Shown here piece after piece: positions 32,582 to 40,955 of a DNA stretch of 59,268 bases. The position numbers were made by a program, and so were the translations under genes. The DNA is from a virus. Every line of letters starts with the position of its first letter. Positions within the stretch are counted from its first letter, which is position 1. The stretch is taken from the IMG/VR virus record IMGVR_UViG_3300033407_000013; one strand, 5' to 3'. Under the pieces are notes generated by a model that was given only the letters and a program-made list of their open reading frames with translations, did not search any database and was not told where the DNA came from.

Positions 32582-35500
32582 GTGAACAGGACGGCGTAGC
32601 CGCGCGTGGAAGCGCCGACCGTCATCGTGAGTAACTTCTGAGCCCCCGAGTCGGACGACAGGTGACGGATCTCGATGTCGGTGCCGACCGACAGCGAGGC
32701 GTTGGGGATGCTCCCGGTGGTCATGCCAGCAGCGATCAGCTGGAGCCACGCCCCGCCGTCGAGTCGGTACTCGACGTCGCCAGCGGTGAACGCGGTCGAG
32801 AGCGTGAAGTCGTGGTCGGTGTTCTCGTCGCCTGCCTGGACCTCGTAGACCGGCGTCGAGCTGTTGCTGACGTCGTTCGTGTCGAGTGCGCCGAACGCGT
32901 GCGTCCCCACGAGCGGACTCGCGATCGTCGAGACCACCTGGCAGTCGGCCAAGTTGTCGTAGGCCGTCGACATGAAGGTGTGCCGCGCGCGCACCGCGAA
33001 CGTGAGCGAGCTCGGAAGGCTCACCTCGTCTAGCCCCTGCAGAATGTCGAGCTGCCGCAGCGTTCCCGTCACGGCCGTGCCGATGTCCTCCACGTGCAGG
33101 TCGGTCGATCCGTTCTTCGCTACGAGCGAGTGCGCCGAGCTATGCTCGGCCGGGTAGTCGGCGAACAGGGTCGCGGCATCGTTCGTCAGCGCGAGGATCT
33201 CGTCCGTCGTCCGGAAGTCGCGGCGGTTGATGTTCTCGAATAGCACGCCGACGTCCTCGCCCGAGCCGCTGCCGTCCAGGTCGACGTTCGTCTTGTCGAG
33301 CCGCGTGCCGTTCAGGTCGAACTCGCTCGGGCAGTACGGCCGGAGCGATCGGCTGTCGAGCTGCACCTGGATCGTCGCCGCGTCGGCCTCGGCGACCTCA
33401 TCGGAGGTCGATCGCGGCGTCAGCTTGACGTCGACCGTATCGCCGTGCACGAACGCGTCGTCGCCCATCCCGGAACCGGCAAAGAGGAGCCACACCGCGG
33501 TCCCCGAAGCGTGCACACGCTGGCCGGTGTCGAGGATGCTCCGATACACCCCGTCGAGGTCGACGTTCCCTCCGTTCGGACTGGCCCCGGTCACCAGCAT
33601 GAACTCGCCGCCGCTCGAGTCGCCGACGAAGATCAGCGACAGGAGCTCGGTCCCGAGCTCCGGGATGTTGTTCACGACCGGGAATGCGTTCAGGATGTCG
33701 CCTTGCGTGTCCGGCGCCGGCACGACTACGATCGGCGTCGCCCGCGGATAGACGTCGGCATCGTCGATCTGCGACTGCAGCTCGCCGATGAACGCGAACT
33801 GGAACGTCTGGCCGAAGACCGTGAAGGCGCCGCTCGGAGCGGTAGGCGGCGTCGCGTGACGCTCGCGCAGTCGGTAGGTGACCTCAACGCCCTGCCGGCG
33901 CGCCGAAGCGAAGACCTTCGCCACGTTGGGGTCGGTCGTGAGCGGGTCACGAAGGTTGAGCCCTCGAGGCGCCTCGATCGCGAGCTGCTCGTCGGACGGG
34001 AAAGGCACCAGGTCGTCGGCCGGCGGATCCCAACCACTGCCCGGCGGATCGCCGAAGGAGCCAGCCGAAGCGCGGAACACGTCCTGCACGAGCTGCATCC
34101 GGATCTCGCCGTCGAGCAACTCGCCGTAGTCGATCGCCTGGACGCGCACCGGTAGCTTCACCGCGTTGTAGTCCGGGTCCGTGAAGGCGAGCACGTCACC
34201 CGGCAGCACGCCGAACAGCGAGCGATCGGTGATCGCGGTCATCGCGATGAGCGGCTGCGAGAGCGTGCGCAGTGCGCGCCAGGCGAGAGCGTTCGCGAGC
34301 GCGGCGTCCTTCACGCCGGGGTGACGCACCTCGGTCGGCGTCTTCTTGCCGACCACGCGGATGTTCGCGCCGTCCTGCGCGAAGCCGTACGAGCCCTTGT
34401 AGCTGTCGTTCCTCTGATTGAAGGGCGTCGTGACCTGGTTCTTGGTGTCCTCCCACGTACTCTGCGTGTAGCTCGTAACCTCTTTCACGTTGTCGACCGT
34501 GAGCTGCGGCACCAGGTCGATGTCGTAGTCGTCGCGCGCGAGCTTCGCCTGCCACTTGCCCGTGAACGGGTTCTGGAAAATGACCATGTCCGCCTGCTGC
34601 TCGAGGCGGCGAATCAGGTCGCCGACGTCCTCCTCGCGGTCGACGATCATCGAGAAGCCGTTGCCTTCGTCGAACAGCGTCGTCGCCACCGTCGTGAAGC
34701 TGGTCGAGTCGATGTCGGCCGCCGGGATCCCCTGCCCCCAGTCGGTGTTCGTCATCGCCTCGAAAACCACGTTCATAATGTTCGCGTCATACGTGTTGAC
34801 GCGGTGCTTCCCTCCAGTGAGCCCCAGCGGGTTCGGCGTACGTCGAACCTCCCACTTCCAAGGTTTGATAGACGTACTGTTGCCGAGGTACACACGCTTG
34901 GTGTGCGGCGCGGTGTAGCAGTAGCCTCGGTACGCTGGCGTGTCGCCAGTAACCGGGGGGAATTTTTGATGCTGCGACAGGTAGCCTGAAACGTTCTGCA
35001 GCTGAGTGCCCGCCCAAAACTGCAGCCGTCCCTCGACGCCGCCAGAACCGAACTCCTCTCCTCCGAACAGATCCGGCTCGTCGATGGTGAACGTACCCTC
35101 GTGCACGACGGATCCACTCTCGAACGTGATCGACGCACCGGATCCAGACCCACCAGACAGCGACGCGGGCGAACCAGGAAACGTAGTGTAGTTGCCGGGC
35201 GACTTGAGCTTGATGCTCTCGATCCGACCAATAAGCGAGGTCTTCTTGACCTTCACCCTGGCAGCCGTCCCCACGCCGCCGACGACATCGAGGATGTCGC
35301 CCTCCGCGTAGAGCGTTCCGGCCGCCGAGATGTTCGGCGCGCGAATGCCGGTATCCGAGAGAACCTGATCCTCCTCGATCCAGACACCGACAAGTTCATC
35401 CACGGGGAGCTCGCCGCCCTCGCAGAGCGCTTGCTGAATCCCTAAGTGGTAGCGGAATCCCCTGGTGACCGTCTCCGACGAGAACAGCCCCGTCTTCACC

Positions 35501-35727
35501 TCTTCTTCGATCGCCTCTTGCTGCAGGTCGCCCCACCACACGACGTTCGGGCCGGCGATCCGCACGGTGCCCCACAGCAGCGGCACCTTGCGCTGCTCGG
35601 TCGCGGTCGGGAAGCTGAAGTCGCCGATGCCTGCCGGCTTCGCGTTCTCGAGCTCGGGCTTCGGCGAGAGCAAGTCCGACAGGACGAACAACACCGCGTA
35701 GATCAGGAGCGTGACGAAGAAGCTCAT
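32578..35727 (-). CDS. Lambda gpJ / GTA g15-like central tail fibre (host-specificity) protein
   Basis: The N-terminus MSFFVTLLIYAVLFVLSDLLSPKPELENAKPAGIGDFSFPTATEQRKVPLLWGTVRIAGPNVVWWGD is typical of gpJ-like proteins. 1049 aa. ATGA overlap with the upstream gene. Confidence 0.7.
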   Translation of the reverse strand: MSFFVTLLIYAVLFVLSDLLSPKPELENAKPAGIGDFSFPTATEQRKVPLLWGTVRIAGPNVVWWGDLQQEAIEEEVKTGLFSSETVTRGFRYHLGIQQALCEGGELPVDELVGVWIEEDQVLSDTGIRAPNISAAGTLYAEGDILDVVGGVGTAARVKVKKTSLIGRIESIKLKSPGNYTTFPGSPASLSGGSGSGASITFESGSVVHEGTFTIDEPDLFGGEEFGSGGVEGRLQFWAGTQLQNVSGYLSQHQKFPPVTGDTPAYRGYCYTAPHTKRVYLGNSTSIKPWKWEVRRTPNPLGLTGGKHRVNTYDANIMNVVFEAMTNTDWGQGIPAADIDSTSFTTVATTLFDEGNGFSMIVDREEDVGDLIRRLEQQADMVIFQNPFTGKWQAKLARDDYDIDLVPQLTVDNVKEVTSYTQSTWEDTKNQVTTPFNQRNDSYKGSYGFAQDGANIRVVGKKTPTEVRHPGVKDAALANALAWRALRTLSQPLIAMTAITDRSLFGVLPGDVLAFTDPDYNAVKLPVRVQAIDYGELLDGEIRMQLVQDVFRASAGSFGDPPGSGWDPPADDLVPFPSDEQLAIEAPRGLNLRDPLTTDPNVAKVFASARRQGVEVTYRLRERHATPPTAPSGAFTVFGQTFQFAFIGELQSQIDDADVYPRATPIVVVPAPDTQGDILNAFPVVNNIPELGTELLSLIFVGDSSGGEFMLVTGASPNGGNVDLDGVYRSILDTGQRVHASGTAVWLLFAGSGMGDDAFVHGDTVDVKLTPRSTSDEVAEADAATIQVQLDSRSLRPYCPSEFDLNGTRLDKTNVDLDGSGSGEDVGVLFENINRRDFRTTDEILALTNDAATLFADYPAEHSSAHSLVAKNGSTDLHVEDIGTAVTGTLRQLDILQGLDEVSLPSSLTFAVRARHTFMSTAYDNLADCQVVSTIASPLVGTHAFGALDTNDVSNSSTPVYEVQAGDENTDHDFTLSTAFTAGDVEYRLDGGAWLQLIAAGMTTGSIPNASLSVGTDIEIRHLSSDSGAQKLLTMTVGASTRGYAVLFT

Positions 35728-36551
35728 ACGATCGACCCCACGAACGGATTGCGGGTGGGGACGAAGGCGAACCCGCCGAAGTTGATCACGTTGTCGAAGT
35801 CGTCGTGACATGCTTCGATCGTGTGCTTGCAGCCGCGGAAGATGTTCACGGCCGCAGGGGTCGTGGTGAACGGCGTCAGCAGCGTCAGCACGTTTCCGAC
35901 CTGCTCGAGAATCAGACGGAAGTCGCTCGTACCCACGGCCTCGACGAAGCCGCTGTCGAAGTCGCCGTCGTTGAAGCCTCCCGAGACGATGCTCGTCACG
36001 GTGAGGATGTTCCCGACCTGGCTCACCACCGGATCGTTCGAGATCCGGTTCTCCGGGGCGGTGTCGTCGACGCGACAGGTGTCCGGCTCGTAGTGGATGT
36101 GCGAGCACGTGCTCGCGTAGGATCGCGACGGGATGAGGCGGCCGAGCGATGCGAGGGCCTGCCGCGCGGTGAGCTTGCAGAGCCGGCCCTGCTTGGTGAA
36201 GTTGGCCGAGAGGACGAAACCCTGGAAGGTCGTGATCACCTCAGGCCCTCCACCGTCGCCGCGGTGGTAACGCTTTACGACCACGGGCACACGCACGCCT
36301 GGCAACACGCCGAGGAACTTCTGCGCGAGCTCGTCGCTCGTCGGCAACTCGATCGTGAAGTTGGCGTTCCTCTTCTCCGGGCCGTCTTCGCGCTTGCCAC
36401 GCTTGATGGCGCGGGGGTCGTAGGTGTTCGCTTGCACCAGGATCGTGTCCGGCGACGACGTGTAGAGGAACGTCTCGGTGCCGAGGGTGAACTCGAACAG
36501 CTCGACGGGACGCCCGCTCTCGACGCTCGTTTCCTCGTCGGAGAAAGTCAC
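35724..36551 (-). CDS. DUF2163 / phage BR0599-family tail protein (GTA g13-like)
   Basis: N-terminal VELFEFTLGTETFLYTSS... and C-terminal ...CKHTIEACHDDFDNVINFGGFAFVPTRNPF match the family pattern I recall. Confidence 0.7.
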   Translation of the reverse strand: MTFSDEETSVESGRPVELFEFTLGTETFLYTSSPDTILVQANTYDPRAIKRGKREDGPEKRNANFTIELPTSDELAQKFLGVLPGVRVPVVVKRYHRGDGGGPEVITTFQGFVLSANFTKQGRLCKLTARQALASLGRLIPSRSYASTCSHIHYEPDTCRVDDTAPENRISNDPVVSQVGNILTVTSIVSGGFNDGDFDSGFVEAVGTSDFRLILEQVGNVLTLLTPFTTTPAAVNIFRGCKHTIEACHDDFDNVINFGGFAFVPTRNPFVGSIV

Positions 36552-38272
36552 TCGAACACCGCCTTGACGGGTGCCGTCAGGTGGACCGTGCGCCGATCGA
36601 GGTTGTACTCGAGCGTCAGTCGATCCGAATCGAACCGCAGCTTCTCGACGTAGTCGACGCGTACGATGTCGGCGACTGGGATCGTCGACGGCCAGACCGT
36701 ATCCACCGTCAGGCCCTCGATCGTCGGATCGCCGCTCACGACACTGTTCAGGATCTCGCGCAACAGGACCGTGCCGTCGACGAGCTCGATTCGGATGTCA
36801 CTCTTCGGCTGTCGCTGCCGCACGTACTGCGCGTACCCGTCGTTCCGCACGTCCATCTGCGCTGTGCCGCTCTGCAGGTCCGCGACCACGTGCAGGTCGT
36901 CGAAGTCGCGCACGACGTAGAACGACACCTGTTCGCCTCGCAGCCCGCACACGAGCTGCCGCAAGTTCCAGGCTTCCTCGAGGCCCTGCGCCCGCAACGT
37001 GAGCCGGAACCCGCGCTTGTGTCGATCCCACGGCGAGGTCTGCTCGATCACGCCGGCGAGACCGTCCACGACGTTGAACCGCTGCGAGAAGGTCTCTTGC
37101 ACGAGCCGCGAGCGAACCACGTTCCCGCTGTCGATCAGCACCTTGCCCTTGTAGGTCGGGAATGCACTCACGTCGGCGATGGTAGCCACGGTGTCGACGG
37201 CTGCGAGCCGCAAGCGCAACTCGGAAAGACCGAACGTGTAGCGGCCGCCGCTGATGGTCGAGGGCACGCGCAACACCGCGAGCGGATAGACCTCGGCCCC
37301 GGCAGGGAAGCTGTTCAGCAGCGGCGACTCGAGCTCGATGGTCGTCGAGGTGAACGAGGCGATCACGATCGCGTCGAACACGTCCTCGTCGTCGGGGTCG
37401 AAGATGACCACGAGCCCGCCCACACGGAAGTCCCGGAAGTCGGTCGATTCCACCTGAATCGTCGTGTCGGTCGCAGTGGCCGCAGCGCTCAGCCTCGTGA
37501 CGAAGAACCACGTCGGCATACCGAAGCCGAGCGACTGGAAGTCGAACAGCCGGTTCTCGAAGAACGGCCGCTCGTCGTCGTCCATGCGGTACAAGAAGTC
37601 GAACGTCTGGCGCGGGTACTCGCGCACCGCCTGCCGCTTCTCCTTTCCGCTCTTGGCCACGATCACGTCGGTGTAGAACTGGAGCTCCTCGCTGTACCTG
37701 GACTCCGGGCGGATGTCCCACAGGATCAACCGTGTGATCGTGATCGGCACCTCGATCGTGCCAACGTCGAACACGAAGTCGAGCGTCGAATCGACGAACA
37801 CCTCGCCGATCGTGCTCACCTCGAGCGCGAACTCGTAGCCCTGCTGCGCCGCGATCGCGATCGGAAGCGTTGGCAGGCCGGAGAAGGTCACGCCTGCGCC
37901 TGCTCCGTTGATCACGTCCGTCCAGGTGTGCGATTCGCGCCGGAAAGCCGAGTAGGCCACCATCGGAATCGACTGGTCCGCCAGCAGGTTCGGGAACTCG
38001 AACGAGCGCGGAACGACGTGCACCGTCTCGAAGAAGTCGTCGCAGCAGTGCAGGAACGACACTTCGTTGTTCTCGCCGGTGGTGATCGGACCAAGCTTGT
38101 TGTCGTCGCCGGCGCTGATCGTCTGCGCCTCGTCGAACGGCGCCCACGACGCGGGATCGTCCACCACGCCGACGACCTGCGGTGGAACCTGCGCGTAGAT
38201 CAGGTTCCCGATCGCGTGGATGACGGCCAGGCCGCCATTCAGGCCGAGCAGCTCATTGTTCGTGCCCGGCAT
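36548..38272 (-). CDS. Distal tail protein-like structural protein (574 aa)
   Basis: It lies directly upstream of the DUF2163 protein with a GTGA overlap. No motif named with confidence. Confidence 0.45.
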   Translation of the reverse strand: MPGTNNELLGLNGGLAVIHAIGNLIYAQVPPQVVGVVDDPASWAPFDEAQTISAGDDNKLGPITTGENNEVSFLHCCDDFFETVHVVPRSFEFPNLLADQSIPMVAYSAFRRESHTWTDVINGAGAGVTFSGLPTLPIAIAAQQGYEFALEVSTIGEVFVDSTLDFVFDVGTIEVPITITRLILWDIRPESRYSEELQFYTDVIVAKSGKEKRQAVREYPRQTFDFLYRMDDDERPFFENRLFDFQSLGFGMPTWFFVTRLSAAATATDTTIQVESTDFRDFRVGGLVVIFDPDDEDVFDAIVIASFTSTTIELESPLLNSFPAGAEVYPLAVLRVPSTISGGRYTFGLSELRLRLAAVDTVATIADVSAFPTYKGKVLIDSGNVVRSRLVQETFSQRFNVVDGLAGVIEQTSPWDRHKRGFRLTLRAQGLEEAWNLRQLVCGLRGEQVSFYVVRDFDDLHVVADLQSGTAQMDVRNDGYAQYVRQRQPKSDIRIELVDGTVLLREILNSVVSGDPTIEGLTVDTVWPSTIPVADIVRVDYVEKLRFDSDRLTLEYNLDRRTVHLTAPVKAVFE

Positions 38273-38275
38273 CGC

Positions 38276-39298
38276 TCACGCGTCCACTCGCTTGTAGGCG
38301 ATTCCCGAAAAGCCGGTCGTGCCGGAAGCCGCCCCCGAGTCGCGTCGGTGCGCCGGGAACAGGTACCACGTGTCGGTGCCGATCGCGATCGTCTGGCCGC
38401 CGGCGAAGTGACGCATCCCGACGCCGCGCACGTCGGCCATGCGGCCCATCTGGTAGCCGAAGCCCGCCTCGCTCGTCGAGCCGAGGTTGCCGTGCCCGTA
38501 GAAGATCACGATCGGGTAGAGCGGCACGAGCCCGGTCTGCGCCGAGCCTGAGAAGTTGCCCATCGACTCGGCGATCGGTCCGGCACGGTACCCGCCCGAG
38601 AAGAACTTGCGGCCGTTGCCGGCGGTGTCGAGACCCTGCAAGGTCTGGCCGGCGTTCCCCCACACGACGGCCCATACGCTGCTCGCTGGCTCGGAAGGCA
38701 GACCCGAAGCGCGCATCGTCGCCGAGCGAAGCTCGTCGGTACCGGACGAGCTGTTCATGAACCCGTCCAGGACGAATGTCGAGGAAGCCGTGAACAACGT
38801 CGAAGTCGAGGCGTGGAAGAAGCCGTAGCAGTATTCGCCGCCGGTCCACTGGCCGTTCTTGCTGATCTCGCCGAAACCGAAGTGCACGTAGCTGCCGGTC
38901 GCAACCTCCACGACCACGTGCACGTACGCCGGGCTCGAGTCGTTCTCGAAGAACCAGTAGCCCGGGTACGGGCCGTTGCTCTCGAGGTCGACGTGCCGTT
39001 CGTTGTCCAGGTTGGTGATCAGGTGCGAACCGTCGGTGTTGTAGCCGTTGCCGCTGTCGCCGGTGTGGTCGCCTGGAAGAGTGCCCGTGCCGTCGAACGC
39101 CGTCGCCTGGTACAAGGAGAACAGCGACGGGCTCGCCGTGTCCCACCGACCCGAGACGAAAATCCCACCTTTCGAAAACGCGAAGTCGCCACCGACCGTG
39201 TCAAGCTCATCCTCGGTCCATCCGTTCGCCTGGATGAACGTCGAGAGCTTGGCAAGCAGGTCTTCCAGGTCCGTTGCCGTGCCGGTCTCGAAGGCCAT
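38276..39298 (-). CDS. Tail-associated protein, shorter paralogue (340 aa)
   Basis: The N-terminus MAFETGTATDLEDLLAKLSTFI parallels MGWNAGTATDYLDMLQQLVELM of the upstream gene. Confidence 0.5.
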   Translation of the reverse strand: MAFETGTATDLEDLLAKLSTFIQANGWTEDELDTVGGDFAFSKGGIFVSGRWDTASPSLFSLYQATAFDGTGTLPGDHTGDSGNGYNTDGSHLITNLDNERHVDLESNGPYPGYWFFENDSSPAYVHVVVEVATGSYVHFGFGEISKNGQWTGGEYCYGFFHASTSTLFTASSTFVLDGFMNSSSGTDELRSATMRASGLPSEPASSVWAVVWGNAGQTLQGLDTAGNGRKFFSGGYRAGPIAESMGNFSGSAQTGLVPLYPIVIFYGHGNLGSTSEAGFGYQMGRMADVRGVGMRHFAGGQTIAIGTDTWYLFPAHRRDSGAASGTTGFSGIAYKRVDA

Positions 39299-39301
39299 CG
39301 C

Positions 39302-40951
39302 TCAGTCCTCCCGGATGCACATGAAGCTGTTGTCGGAGAGCTCGGTCCCGTTCGGGAAGATCCGGTAGCGATCGGCCCCGATGAGGAACGTCGACTCTGC
39401 GTTGAACGTCGGCGTGCCCGCACGCGGAATCCAAAAGACACCGTTCACCTCGCCCTCGGGCTCGTAGAAGATCACCGGCGTCTCGTTCCTCGTGGTCAGG
39501 AACGTTGCGGGCCAAAGCTGCCGCGCGTCGTCTCCACCGGAATGCGGCGTCGGGAAGAGGATCCAGAACTTCCCCACCGTGTCGGCGTTGCCGCCGATCG
39601 GCAAGAAGTCGCCCTTCGTCATCCCCAACGCCGCATCGTTCACGATGTCGTCGTTACCCTCTGGGGTTTTCCCCGGCGTGCCGACGGGCCACACGCAGAA
39701 ATCGATGTTCGCAGACGCGCGCGTTCCCGTGGTGTCGCTGATGTGGCTGTTGTGGTAGCTCTGCCAGTCGGTCCCTGGCGACTCGGGGAAGTAGAACACC
39801 GGCCCCTCGGTGTCGCCGGTTCGCTTGTAGCAGTCGGTCAGTCCAGTGATCCGTCCGGTACCGTCGAGGTACCAGACGTTGTTCATGGTCGACGCGCCCA
39901 TGACATACATCGGATACGGCTTCTCGACGCTCGTCCCCGCGCGGTTCAAGAAACCGAAGCTCATCTGCGGGTAGTGGACGTTCGACGCGTCTTCGACGCG
40001 GAAGATCGCCGCAACTCTGTTCGGGGTGACGCTGACCCACCACTGGATGTCGAACGCGGTCGACGGCTTCAGCGGGACGAAAGCACCGCCGTTCGTTCCC
40101 TCCTCGATCGTTCCGTCGAGCGGCGTGGTGTCGAAGCCGGGAGAGATCACGCTCTGCTCGAACAGCCGCAGGTTGTCGTTCCACGTGCGCAGTCCGAACA
40201 GCGCCCAGTTGCGCACGGTGTTGAAGCCGGTCGCGTTGAGACGGTCGTAGGTCTTGACCGCGGCGAGGATCTCGTCCGTGCCAGAGAAGCCCTCGCCCTG
40301 CAAGACGACGACTTGCCGGTCCTGCGACGCGGCGTCCTGGTACGTGACGTTCAGTGTGCAGCCCGTACCCGTTCCGCCCGACGTCGCGGCTGGGTTGGTC
40401 GGCACCTTCTCGTAGTTACCGGCGGTGACGAGCGAGACGGCGGTCACCACTCCGCCTGACACGGTGTCGACGTTGAACACCGCGTCGACGCCGTCAACGT
40501 CCTGCAACGTTCCCGAGTCGTCGACGATCGTCAGCTGATCGCCCACGGTGTAGCCGGTCCCGCCGTTGGCGACCGTCGCGCTCACGGCTTCCTGCGTCCG
40601 CCGGAGCGTGATCCAGCCCGCCGCCTCGAACGTGAGATCGAAGGTCGCTCCGGTACCAGTCCCTCCGCTCGCCGCGTTGCCGGTCAGCGTCGACGGGTTA
40701 ACCGTGTACGCACCGGCCCGCCAGATGCGCGCGGCCGTGATCTCGCCAGAGCCGCCGACGGTCAGCACCTCGATCTGCGCGTCGTGCGTGCGCGTCGAGC
40801 CCGTGTTGTCGATGTCGAGGGTGTCGCCGACGACGTACCCCGTGCCGGCCGCGTTGATCACCGCGCCCGTCATGTGGTTGGACGTCATGAGCTCGACGAG
40901 CTGCTGCAGCATGTCGAGGTAGTCCGTCGCGGTTCCTGCGTTCCATCCCAT
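39302..40951 (-). CDS. Tail-associated protein, longer paralogue with two ~75-aa GTGYxVGD...GGTGTGAT repeats (549 aa)
   Basis: AAGTGYVVGDTLDI...GEITAARIWRAGAYTVNPS...ASGGTGTGATFDLTF and NGGTGYTVGDQLTI...GVVTAVSLVTAGNYEKVPT...TSGGTGTGCTLNVTY. Confidence 0.5.
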   Translation of the reverse strand: MGWNAGTATDYLDMLQQLVELMTSNHMTGAVINAAGTGYVVGDTLDIDNTGSTRTHDAQIEVLTVGGSGEITAARIWRAGAYTVNPSTLTGNAASGGTGTGATFDLTFEAAGWITLRRTQEAVSATVANGGTGYTVGDQLTIVDDSGTLQDVDGVDAVFNVDTVSGGVVTAVSLVTAGNYEKVPTNPAATSGGTGTGCTLNVTYQDAASQDRQVVVLQGEGFSGTDEILAAVKTYDRLNATGFNTVRNWALFGLRTWNDNLRLFEQSVISPGFDTTPLDGTIEEGTNGGAFVPLKPSTAFDIQWWVSVTPNRVAAIFRVEDASNVHYPQMSFGFLNRAGTSVEKPYPMYVMGASTMNNVWYLDGTGRITGLTDCYKRTGDTEGPVFYFPESPGTDWQSYHNSHISDTTGTRASANIDFCVWPVGTPGKTPEGNDDIVNDAALGMTKGDFLPIGGNADTVGKFWILFPTPHSGGDDARQLWPATFLTTRNETPVIFYEPEGEVNGVFWIPRAGTPTFNAESTFLIGADRYRIFPNGTELSDNSFMCIRED

Positions 40952-40955
40952 CGGG

